Shown: positions 35,580 through 44,222 of the stretch, in pieces
How positions within the stretch are numbered: the first letter of the stretch is position 1
Layout: every line of letters begins with the position of its first letter
From: a bacterium
GTDB lineage: Bacteria; Myxococcota_A; UBA9160; UBA4427
Length of the DNA: 64,000 bases
Direction: 5' to 3'
NCBI GenBank assembly: GCA_031413515.1
Contig: JANOFF010000031.1
Coordinates: forward strand, 131,166 to 195,165
Translations under genes and position numbers: made by a program
The notes under the pieces: model-generated
The model's input: the letters and a program-made list of their open reading frames with translations, nothing else
Database searches by the model: none
What the model was told of the DNA's origin: nothing

Positions 35580-36628
35580 TGCAGGTGCTCGCGGAACTCC
35601 GCACGCCGCACGCGCCAGATGAAGGAATCGAAGTAGTAGTGGAGCAGGCCCGTCGTCGTGTTCAGCGCCAGGACCGGAACGAGCCAGAGGGTCTTGCCGA
35701 GGCTCGAGAGCAGCCCGTACGCGAGGATCAATGTGACGAAGAGCCACAGCTGTCGCGACTCGTGGACGAACCGGAAGACGCGATTGGATCGATTCGGCGG
35801 AAGCGAGAGCGCCTTCTTGCGGTTGTAGTACCACGCGAAGGCGTCGTACTGGAGGCAGTGGAAGAAACTCGAGATCGCATAGCTGAGAAATCCGTGGGCG
35901 AGGGTCACATAGGCGAAGTACCAGACGCCGAACGTCGTGGCGAACAGCACGAGCTTGAGCCACGCGATCGGAAGCCCGTTCGCGATCCGCCACTGCAGCC
36001 GCGCGAGGAACAGCAGCCCGACGACTCCCGCGACAGCCAGGGAACCGTCTTCGAAGACCCGGACCAGCCAGTCCGGGAACACGATCCCGAGCGCATAGAA
36101 GGAGTCTGCGTACATGTACCCGTAGAACCCGCTGTGGGCGATGATGGCGATGAACGCCGAGAAGCTCAGCCACTGATCGAGCCTGGCGTCGAACTTGCTG
36201 CTCGCCCCGGCCTTGACGTCGTAGATGCGCATGAAGCCGTAGTGCTGGCGCACGAAGTGGTACTGATCCCACACGAAGATCAAGGTCAAGAGACGCGCAT
36301 CGACGAGCACCATCCCGACCACCAGCGGAATCACGCAGAGGGGCAGCACGATCAACTGGAAGCGGTTGCGCGTGTACTCGTCGGCGTCGCCGTAGGCGCG
36401 CAGGAAGGTCGGGACGTGATGCCCGATCGCCATGTAGGCGAGCACGTAGTACTCGACACGATCGGCGGCCATCAGCCGGCTCGCCCCCAACACGACGACC
36501 ACGGCGAGAAGCGGGCTGCCGATCAGGAAGAGCCAGTCGAAGGCGGGTGACGCGATGTAGTGGTCGCGCGTGGGGAACAGCGAAGCGACGCGTTGCTCCA
36601 GCGATCTCCCATTCGTTGCCGCGCCCAT
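35576..36628 (-). CDS. Hypothetical polytopic membrane protein (about 10 TM) with conserved-looking His/aromatic motifs; no family recognised
   Basis: High GC3 coding signal and about 10 hydrophobic helices. Motifs: IGHHVPTF, WDQYHFVRQHYG, FFHCLQYDAFAWYY, LLHYYFDSFIWR. Confidence 0.6.
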   Translation of the reverse strand: MGAATNGRSLEQRVASLFPTRDHYIASPAFDWLFLIGSPLLAVVVVLGASRLMAADRVEYYVLAYMAIGHHVPTFLRAYGDADEYTRNRFQLIVLPLCVIPLVVGMVLVDARLLTLIFVWDQYHFVRQHYGFMRIYDVKAGASSKFDARLDQWLSFSAFIAIIAHSGFYGYMYADSFYALGIVFPDWLVRVFEDGSLAVAGVVGLLFLARLQWRIANGLPIAWLKLVLFATTFGVWYFAYVTLAHGFLSYAISSFFHCLQYDAFAWYYNRKKALSLPPNRSNRVFRFVHESRQLWLFVTLILAYGLLSSLGKTLWLVPVLALNTTTGLLHYYFDSFIWRVRRAEFREHLQ

Positions 36629-36718
36629 GCGCCCTCCCCGTCCGGCGTTACGAGTCTACCGGACACCCCCGCCGGCTCCTGCCGCGCGCGTGCGCGTCGA
36701 GGTCGGAGCGGATCGCGT

Positions 36719-37918
36719 TCAGCGGGCCCAGGGCGGATTGTGGATCGGATCCTTGATCAGGTGCCGGGCCACCACCATGCGGTGGACTTCGTCGGGGCCG
36801 TCGTAGATGCGTGCGTAGCGCGCCTCGCGATACATCTGTTCGAGAGGCGTGTCCGACGTGACCCCCATCGCACCGTGGACCTGGATCGCACGGTCGATCA
36901 CGTTGTGCAGCATGCGGGCGCCCCAGAACTTGATGAGCGAGATCTCGACCCTCGCTTCGTCGCCCCGATCGAGACTGCGCGCCGCATCGAAGGTCATGAG
37001 GCGCGCCGCCTGGATCTCGGCCGCGGATTCGGCGACATAGCGCTGGATCTCGCCCTTTTCGGCGAGCACCGAGCCGTGCGCGTAGCGGACCTTGGCCCAC
37101 TCGCACATCAACTCGAAGGCGCGCTCCGCCTGTCCGAGCCAGCGCATGCAGTGGAAGATTCGTCCCGGACCGAGGCGCTTCTGCGCGATCACGAAGCCGG
37201 CGCCGCGCTTTCCGAGCAGGTTCTCCTTCGGCACCCGCACGTCGCGCAGCCAGATCTCGCAGTGTCCGCCGTGGGTCGTGCCCATCGTGGGCACCACCCG
37301 CGCGATCTCGTAACCGGGTGTGTCGGTGGGGACGATGATCGAGGAGAACTTCGCGTGCTTCACGGCGCCCGGCTCGGTGTCGCAGAAGACCGTCGTGAAG
37401 GCGGCTCGGTCGGCCCCGGTCGTGAACCACTTGTGGCCGTTGATCACCCACTCGTCCCCCTCGAGACGCGCAGTCGTCTTCATCAGGGTCGGATCCGAGC
37501 CCGCGACTTCGGGCTCGGTCAAGCCGACGGACGGATAGATCTCGCCCGCCACGAGGGGCTTCAACCAGCGTGCCTTCTGGGCGTCGTTGCCGTACAGGTG
37601 CAGCATGATCGAGTCCTGCATCGACACCGAGCCCACCGCCACCTGCCCGAAGTGCGAGCGGCCGATGACTTCGTTCATCTCGGCGAAGGCCAGAAACGGG
37701 AGTCCGCCGCCGCCGATCTCCTCGGGATGTCCGAGGGCCCAGAGCCCGATCTCCTTCGCCCGGGTCTTCAGTTCATCGAGCTTGCGTTGCGACGACTCGT
37801 CGTGGCGATTCAACACGCCTTCGGCGGGGATCACCTCCTGATCGATGAAGCGCTTGAACTGGGCTTTGATGGAGGTGACTTCTTCGGAGCCGATCTCACG
37901 AGTCGTCGATTCGGACAT
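36719..37918 (-). CDS. Acyl-CoA dehydrogenase family protein
   Basis: GLTEPEVAGSDP, KWFTTGA and IYDGPDEVH motifs (ACAD10/11-like subtype). The ATG at 37918 is preceded by AGGAGA. Confidence 0.88.
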   Translation of the reverse strand: MSESTTREIGSEEVTSIKAQFKRFIDQEVIPAEGVLNRHDESSQRKLDELKTRAKEIGLWALGHPEEIGGGGLPFLAFAEMNEVIGRSHFGQVAVGSVSMQDSIMLHLYGNDAQKARWLKPLVAGEIYPSVGLTEPEVAGSDPTLMKTTARLEGDEWVINGHKWFTTGADRAAFTTVFCDTEPGAVKHAKFSSIIVPTDTPGYEIARVVPTMGTTHGGHCEIWLRDVRVPKENLLGKRGAGFVIAQKRLGPGRIFHCMRWLGQAERAFELMCEWAKVRYAHGSVLAEKGEIQRYVAESAAEIQAARLMTFDAARSLDRGDEARVEISLIKFWGARMLHNVIDRAIQVHGAMGVTSDTPLEQMYREARYARIYDGPDEVHRMVVARHLIKDPIHNPPWAR

Positions 37919-38360
37919 GCTGGCTTCTCCTGGGGTGTGCCGGGGCGGGCCGGGTGACGAGGTGGTTCGTGGCGGCGGTGCGGAAGGAGGCACCCGTTCT
38001 TCCTGCTCTTCCGGGAATCGTGTGCGCCGGATCATGGCACGAAGTCGGCCATCGAGGCGATGCGCGAGCGGGGTCGTGCCGGAGGCTGGGCGGGGACGCG
38101 GCTCCGAGTGTCGTCCGCATCCCCGCCCGATTCCACCTGATCAGAAATTCAAGGCCACGTAGGCGCCAGAACGGGTCCCGGGTCCAGTCGAGGTGGCTTC
38201 CTGGTCATGACGTCGTGTATGCGGCGCTCCGGTTCACCTCGGACGAGGGCCGCAGCAGGCGTCCACCGTGCTGCCGTCAGCGGGTGGCGTGCGCAGCTCG
38301 CTGCGGACTTCTCGATCTGCCGTGCAGGCAGTCTTCACCCACGCCGAATCACAGGTTCGA

Positions 38361-39818
38361 TCACGGGCGGTCACTGGAAGGAGCGAGGGCGGTCCGCTCC
38401 AGCGGTACTCCGCGCAGGATCACCGCGCGGATCTCGGCCAGCGCATCGAGCGACTCGAGCGGGTTGCCTTCGACGAGCAGCAGATCGGCGCGCTTTCCGA
38501 TCGCGACCTCGCCGAAGTCGGGATCGTCGCTGTTCGCCAGGAAGCGGGCCGGTGACAGCGTCGCGGCGCGGATCGCGTCGGCGCGGGTGAGCCCCGCTGC
38601 GTGCAGCAAGCCGATCTCGCGATGCAGGCCCGCGCCGGGAAAGACGCCCGGTTGTGTATCGCTACCCGCAAACATCGTCACACCGGCCGCGTGCAGCCGC
38701 TGCACGTTGTCCGCCCAGCTGCCCCGGTTCTGCTGGAGTCGCTCGAGATACGGACCGAATTCGCTGATCAGGGCACTGTCCTGCGGTGGCTGATCGAAGC
38801 TCGCGAGGACTTCGGCCGGGACCATCTCCCGTTCGAGCTTCGTCGACGCGCGCGGGCCGGGCCGCAGATCTGCATAGCTGTGCCAGACGACGAGGGTGGG
38901 CACCATCGGAATCCCGAATCCCGCGAGCGCGTCGATCAGGTCGTCGGGGATGCGTTCCTTGTAGACGACGTGCACCCAGGCATCGATGCCGGCCCGACCG
39001 GTGTCGAGGGCATCCCGCACGTCGCCGATGTGGGCGATCGCGCGGAGCTGTCGCTGATGGGCGGCGGTGACGGCGGCGTCCAGCGTCGCGACATCCATGC
39101 GCGGCGCGGACGCGGGGATGGAATCCACTACCAGCTTCAGGAAGTCGACTCCCGAATCGGCGCGGGCTTCGACGAGCGCGCGCGCCTCGGCGGGCGAAGC
39201 GATCGGATCAGCGGCCCGCGGTACCACGTACCAGCGAAGCCACCATGGCAGGCTCGCCTCGAGCAATGCGATCGGATGCCCGCCGGGCGTCGTGGTGATG
39301 CGGCCCGCCGTGTAGATCGTGGGACCGAGCCGCTCGCCGCGGGCGATCTCGTCGCGCCGCGTGATCGCCTCGGGCGACGCGTCGCCCGGATCGAGCACGC
39401 TGGTGACGCCGGCATAGAGATAGGCGCGCAGGTTCGCGTCGACATCGGGCAGGCCGAGTTCCCAGGCAGGACGCGAATCGAGGCTGACGTGCCCGTGCGA
39501 ATCGATCAGACCCGGCAGCAGCGTGGCCCCGCGGCCGTCGATCTCGACAGCCGGAACGGGAGACGCCAACTCGCCGCCGAGTCCGATGGCGGCAATCCGC
39601 TCGCCCCGAAGCAGCACGTCGCGATCGTGCGTGATGCGTCCCGCCGCGACATCGAGCACGTCGACATGCCGGATCAACACCGCTTCGGGGATCACCACGG
39701 GGCGTTCGACGAGGCCGGGCCGATCCGGCGCGCAGGCGAGGGCGATCAGCGAAGCGACGAGTGTGATGCAGAGCGCCGACGGTCGCGAGCGCTGCGGCAG
39801 CGGGTGGTGGTTCGGCAT
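38361..39818 (-). CDS. Secreted metal-dependent amidohydrolase
   Basis: N-terminal signal-like segment (ALCITLVASLIALACA), LLPGLIDSHGHV (HxH metal site) and GKRADLLLVEGNPL near the C-terminus. Confidence 0.8.
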   Translation of the reverse strand: MPNHHPLPQRSRPSALCITLVASLIALACAPDRPGLVERPVVIPEAVLIRHVDVLDVAAGRITHDRDVLLRGERIAAIGLGGELASPVPAVEIDGRGATLLPGLIDSHGHVSLDSRPAWELGLPDVDANLRAYLYAGVTSVLDPGDASPEAITRRDEIARGERLGPTIYTAGRITTTPGGHPIALLEASLPWWLRWYVVPRAADPIASPAEARALVEARADSGVDFLKLVVDSIPASAPRMDVATLDAAVTAAHQRQLRAIAHIGDVRDALDTGRAGIDAWVHVVYKERIPDDLIDALAGFGIPMVPTLVVWHSYADLRPGPRASTKLEREMVPAEVLASFDQPPQDSALISEFGPYLERLQQNRGSWADNVQRLHAAGVTMFAGSDTQPGVFPGAGLHREIGLLHAAGLTRADAIRAATLSPARFLANSDDPDFGEVAIGKRADLLLVEGNPLESLDALAEIRAVILRGVPLERTALAPSSDRP

Positions 39819-39997
39819 GGAGTCTTCCGAGGTGCGGTTCCCCGGGACGGATCGGCTCGGGGGAACGGGCTGAAGTCGAACCGATCCGCCCGACACGGGC
39901 TGCACGAATCGGCTGCGCGAACCAGCGTGGATGCTCTGGTGCGACTCGTCAACACAGCGGATCCGCATGTTCCTCGGCTTCGGGGCGCGCCGACGTC

Positions 39998-40792
39998 TTG
40001 TACGCTCCGGACGTGACGCTCTTCCGACCGTGCATCGATCTCCACGAGGGTCGCGTCAAACAGATCGTGGGCGGGTCGTTGCGCGACGACGGCGCCGCGC
40101 CGCGCACGAACTTCGTCTCGCCGCGCGACGCCAGCTGGTTCGCCGGGCGATACCGCGATGACGGCCTCGTGGGCGGCCATGTGATCTGCCTCGGCCCCGG
40201 CAACGACGAGGCCGCGAGATCGGCGCTGCTCACCTGGCCGGGCGGGCTGCAGATCGGCGGGGGGATCGACGCTCGCAACGCAGCCGCGTGGCTCGACTGC
40301 GGGGCGAGTGCGGTGATCGTGACGAGCTGGTTGTTCGTCGACGATGCGCTGTCGCTCTCGCGGGTCCGCGAGATCTCGGCGCTCGTGGGCCGGGATCGAC
40401 TGGTGATCGATCTCTCGTGCCGGCGTCGCGGGGACGGCTACCGGGTCGCGACGAATCGCTGGCAGACCGTCACGGACACCGCGGTCGACCGCGACACCCT
40501 GCATCGGCTGGCCGAGTTCTGCGGCGAGTTCCTGGTGCACGCCGCCGACGTCGAGGGACTCTGCGAGGGCATCGACGAGGATCTGGTTGCGCTGCTTGCC
40601 GCAGGCTCACCGATCCGCTGCACGTACGCGGGCGGCGGAAGTCGGATCGAAGATCTCGCACGCGTCGCCGAGCTGAGCGATGGTCGCGTCGATCTGACCT
40701 TCGGGAGCGCACTCGATCTGTTCGGGGGCAGCGGTGTGAGGTACGCGGACTGCGTGCAATGGAATCGCCGGCACGCGCCGGAGGATCGCTGA
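39998..40792 (+). CDS. HisA-like (eukaryotic HIS6-type) ProFAR isomerase family TIM-barrel protein
   Basis: FRPCIDLHEGRVKQIVGGSL, LQIGGGI and FLVHAADVEGLCEGID resemble the HIS6-type HisA subfamily. The start is uncertain (TTG 39998 or GTG 40013). Confidence 0.65.
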   Translation: MYAPDVTLFRPCIDLHEGRVKQIVGGSLRDDGAAPRTNFVSPRDASWFAGRYRDDGLVGGHVICLGPGNDEAARSALLTWPGGLQIGGGIDARNAAAWLDCGASAVIVTSWLFVDDALSLSRVREISALVGRDRLVIDLSCRRRGDGYRVATNRWQTVTDTAVDRDTLHRLAEFCGEFLVHAADVEGLCEGIDEDLVALLAAGSPIRCTYAGGGSRIEDLARVAELSDGRVDLTFGSALDLFGGSGVRYADCVQWNRRHAPEDR

Positions 40793-40828
40793 AGTTGCAG
40801 CCTGTGGCGTGGACGACGGGCGTCGCAG

Positions 40829-42781
40829 TCAAGCCCGGTTGAGTTCGCGATAGACGTCGACCTCGGCCATCAGGTCGACGTGGCTGCCGATCCCGACGAT
40901 CCGGCCGGCCTCGATCACCACGATGCGATCGACGTCGCGCACGGTGGCAAGCCGATGGGAGACGATCACGATCAGCCGATCCCCGCGCAGCCGGTCGATC
41001 GCGTCGCGCACCGTGCGCTCGGTCTTCGGGTCGAGGGCGCTGGTCGCCTCGTCGAAGATCAGCACGTCGGGCATCCGCAGCAGCGCCCGGGCGATCGCGA
41101 TGCGCTGACGCTGACCTCCGGACAGCCGCAGCCCGAACTCACCCACCTCGGTCTCGAGGCCCTCGGGCAGCAGGTCGGAGAACTCGTCCACATGGGCGGC
41201 GCGGGCTGCCTCGGCCACATCGCCGTCGCTCGCGCCCGCGCGCCCGTAGCGGATGTTCTCCGCGATGCTCGTATCGAACAGGAAGGCGTCCTGGGTCACC
41301 ACCGCCATGCGGGCGCGCAGCCGAGCCGGATCGATGTCCTCGATCGCGTGCCCATCGACGCGCACACGTCCCGAACTCGGCCGATACAGGCCGAGCATCA
41401 GATCGACGAGGCTGGTCTTGCCCGCGCCGCTCCGGCCCACGAGCGCCACCACCTCGCCCCGTTCGAGGCTCAGGTCGATGTCGTGCAGGACCGTCTGGCG
41501 GACGCCGCGCTCGTCCTCGTGGACGAGTCCGACCCGTTCGAACGTGATGCCCTTCGCGATGCGGTCGAGCGGCACGGCAGCGGCGTTCGGCCGGGGTTCC
41601 TCGTCGCTGTCGAGCACCGCGAAGAGCCGCTCGCCCGAGGCGAGTTGCTCCATCAGTCGCCCGTAGCCCTTGGCCATGTCTTTGACGGGCTTGTACGTGG
41701 TGGCCAGCACCGTCGCGAAGGCGGCGACGTCGCCGGTCGTCAGGCCGAAGCGTCCCTGCAGCACGAGGATCGCGCCGCCCGCCAGCATCGCGATGCCCGC
41801 CAGTGAATTGAGGGCTTCGACGCTCGCTCGCGACAGCACGCGGCCCTGCACGACGCGCATGTCGGCGCGGAATACCCGACCGGCCTGTCGCGCGAAGGCG
41901 TCGGCCTCGGCCTGCTCGCCGCCGAAGGCCTTGATGATCTTGATTCCCGACAGGATGCCGACGAGGCGCCCGGTGAGTTCGCCGAGACGGACCTGTCGAT
42001 TGCGGGCGCGGCGGCGGATGCTGCGCCCGAAGGCGATCAGCACGAAGGCGATCGGTGGCGCGGCGACCAGCGACACCAGGGTCAGCGGAAGCGAGATGTA
42101 GAGCAGCGTCCCGACACCGATCAGAAGCATGCTGGCGGTGACCAGGAATTCTTCGAGCAGGATGCGCAGGGCTTCGCGCACACCCTGCGCGTCGAGTTGC
42201 AGGCGCGCGAGCAGGTCACCGCTGCGCTGCTCGATGTGACGCGAGAGGGGCAGGGCGAGCAGTTTTTCGGCGAGTCGGCGTTGCACGTCGAGGTGGATCC
42301 GACCGAGCACCCACTCGCTTCCGAACGCGCGGGCAAACAGGGCGAGGGGTGTCACCACGACGATCGCCAGCGCGGCCAGCAGGATCTGCGCGAGTGTTCC
42401 GCGGATGGCGCCGGCCCGCGCGCCGTCCCGGATCCCGGGCGTGCCCTCGACGTCGCGCGCTTCGAGCAGCGCATCGGGAATCCAGCGGGCGAGCGCATCG
42501 GCGAGCCGGTTCCCGCCCGCGCGGACGTCTTCGGCCGACGGGTGTCTGCCGGCCGGATCGTCGGCCGCCACCGGCACGAGGACTCCGTCGATCAACGGCT
42601 TCAGCAGATAGGCGCGCCCGAAGCGCCCGGCCGAGAAGATCAGCGTGCACACGCCGATCAACGCGATGATCACGACGTAGGGCCGCGCGAACTCGAGCAT
42701 CCGACGCAGGATTCCGAGCGGCTCGCCGCTCTCGTCCACGCGCTGATCCGCAGCGGGTTGCGGCCGATCCGAGTCCAGCAA
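40829..42781 (-). CDS. ABC exporter, fused permease/ATPase (MsbA-like)
   Basis: Six-TM domain plus Walker A GRSGAGKTS, signature LSGGQRQR and Walker B LIFDEATSALD. The start codon is uncertain (TTG 42781). Confidence 0.85.
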   Translation of the reverse strand: MLDSDRPQPAADQRVDESGEPLGILRRMLEFARPYVVIIALIGVCTLIFSAGRFGRAYLLKPLIDGVLVPVAADDPAGRHPSAEDVRAGGNRLADALARWIPDALLEARDVEGTPGIRDGARAGAIRGTLAQILLAALAIVVVTPLALFARAFGSEWVLGRIHLDVQRRLAEKLLALPLSRHIEQRSGDLLARLQLDAQGVREALRILLEEFLVTASMLLIGVGTLLYISLPLTLVSLVAAPPIAFVLIAFGRSIRRRARNRQVRLGELTGRLVGILSGIKIIKAFGGEQAEADAFARQAGRVFRADMRVVQGRVLSRASVEALNSLAGIAMLAGGAILVLQGRFGLTTGDVAAFATVLATTYKPVKDMAKGYGRLMEQLASGERLFAVLDSDEEPRPNAAAVPLDRIAKGITFERVGLVHEDERGVRQTVLHDIDLSLERGEVVALVGRSGAGKTSLVDLMLGLYRPSSGRVRVDGHAIEDIDPARLRARMAVVTQDAFLFDTSIAENIRYGRAGASDGDVAEAARAAHVDEFSDLLPEGLETEVGEFGLRLSGGQRQRIAIARALLRMPDVLIFDEATSALDPKTERTVRDAIDRLRGDRLIVIVSHRLATVRDVDRIVVIEAGRIVGIGSHVDLMAEVDVYRELNRA

Positions 42782-42824
42782 CGGAGTGCCCCCGTGATCG
42801 CGTGCGGGCCGCTCGGATCTCGGA

Positions 42825-44222
42825 TCAGCCGAGTTCGGCGGCGATCGCGTCCCCGGCCCGCCAGCCGAGCAGGAGATCTCCCTCGAGACCGAGGCAGGCT
42901 ACGCCGGACCGATCGAGACGATACACGGGCACCCGACCCGAAACGGACAGGTCGATCTCGGAGGGCCATCCGGCTCCGCGATCCGGATCCTCGAGCCAGC
43001 CGTCATCGTCCCACAGCGGTCGACGCTGTTCGCGCAGGCTGATGCGACCTTCGGAGAACGGCATCAGAGCCTGGATGCGCCGCAGCACCTCGGCCTCGGC
43101 CAGGGCGATGTCCTCGTTGTCGCCCACCCGGATGCGGCCGACCAGATCGATCTCGGCACCGCCCTGGGAATTGGCGTACGCGGTGGCGCTGATGACCCGA
43201 GCGCCGAGGCTCCCGACCGGTCCCTCGCCCGTTAGGATCAGGCGCGCGCACATGCCATGCGGCACCACATCGCGGTGGACGCGCAGATGGACGTGCAGGC
43301 GGCGCTGGCGGGTGCGGCCCGTAGCGAGGAAGTCCGGCACGGGGTTCTGGATCTGGACGGAGGCCACGGCGCTCGGCGCCGCCGCGATCAACAGTGCGCG
43401 ACCGATCCACAGATCGCTGCTGCCCTCGGCCGTGATGCCGGGCTGGTTGTCGAAATTCACCAGATCGAAGCGCCCGGAAAGAGTCCGGAACTCGCCATAG
43501 ACGGCTTCGACCCGGCGTCGCAACAGACCCGAGAGCCAGGGCGGGCCGTCCCCGAATCCGACGCCACCGGCCAGCGGCGCGCCGAGCAGTCGCGACCGCG
43601 CCTCGGGACCCGGCTCGGCACTCGCGAGATTCGAGAGCGCGCTCACCTGGGCGTTCAGGATCGCGGCCAGTTCCGGGGGAGGGGCCGCCGCCTCGGCGGG
43701 CAGCCCGCGCACGTGCGAGCCGGGGGTCATGGTGCGCGGCAGCCCGAGTCGGCGGCCGGTCCGGACCAGCGGCGACGCGAGCATCACCTTCCGCTCGGCC
43801 TCGGTGGCGTCGACGATCGCGCGCACCAGTGCACCCGCTTCCTCGGCCGTGCACAGCCCCCAGTTGGCGAGTTCTTCGATCGTGACGCCGGGCCCGCTGA
43901 TGTCGACCCGGCTCTTCGGGGTGACGATCTGGTAGGCGAGACGTTCGGCGGCGAGACGTCGCTGATCGATCAGTGGAATGTTGAGCGCCCGCAGACAGGC
44001 ATCCAGCACGCCGGAATCTCGCGCGCCGGCCATGAAGAACGGCTCGCGCAGGGCGGGGTGCTGGATGCGTGCCGCATCCTCCTCGACCACCAGCACGCGA
44101 TGGCCTGCCGCGCCGAGTCGCGCCGCGGCCACGAGACCCGAGATGCCCGTGCCGAGCACGATGGCATCCCAGCGCCGGGCACGCAGGCGCTGAGTATCGG
44201 TGACGGGCCGCAGCCCGCTCAT
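42825..44222 (-). CDS. FAD/NAD(P)-binding oxidoreductase (divergent phytoene-desaturase/amine-oxidase-like)
   Basis: N-terminal dinucleotide-binding motif DAIVLGTGISGLVAAARLGAAGHRVLVVE. The remainder is not assignable. ATGA overlap with the purM stop. Confidence 0.65.
   Translation of the reverse strand: MSGLRPVTDTQRLRARRWDAIVLGTGISGLVAAARLGAAGHRVLVVEEDAARIQHPALREPFFMAGARDSGVLDACLRALNIPLIDQRRLAAERLAYQIVTPKSRVDISGPGVTIEELANWGLCTAEEAGALVRAIVDATEAERKVMLASPLVRTGRRLGLPRTMTPGSHVRGLPAEAAAPPPELAAILNAQVSALSNLASAEPGPEARSRLLGAPLAGGVGFGDGPPWLSGLLRRRVEAVYGEFRTLSGRFDLVNFDNQPGITAEGSSDLWIGRALLIAAAPSAVASVQIQNPVPDFLATGRTRQRRLHVHLRVHRDVVPHGMCARLILTGEGPVGSLGARVISATAYANSQGGAEIDLVGRIRVGDNEDIALAEAEVLRRIQALMPFSEGRISLREQRRPLWDDDGWLEDPDRGAGWPSEIDLSVSGRVPVYRLDRSGVACLGLEGDLLLGWRAGDAIAAELG

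Noticed and set aside
38349-38365. tRNA T-loop-like string caggttcgatcac
   Set aside because: The flanks cannot form a T-stem or an acceptor stem, and the string lies at the 3' end of the amidohydrolase ORF. No tRNA is supported anywhere in the window.
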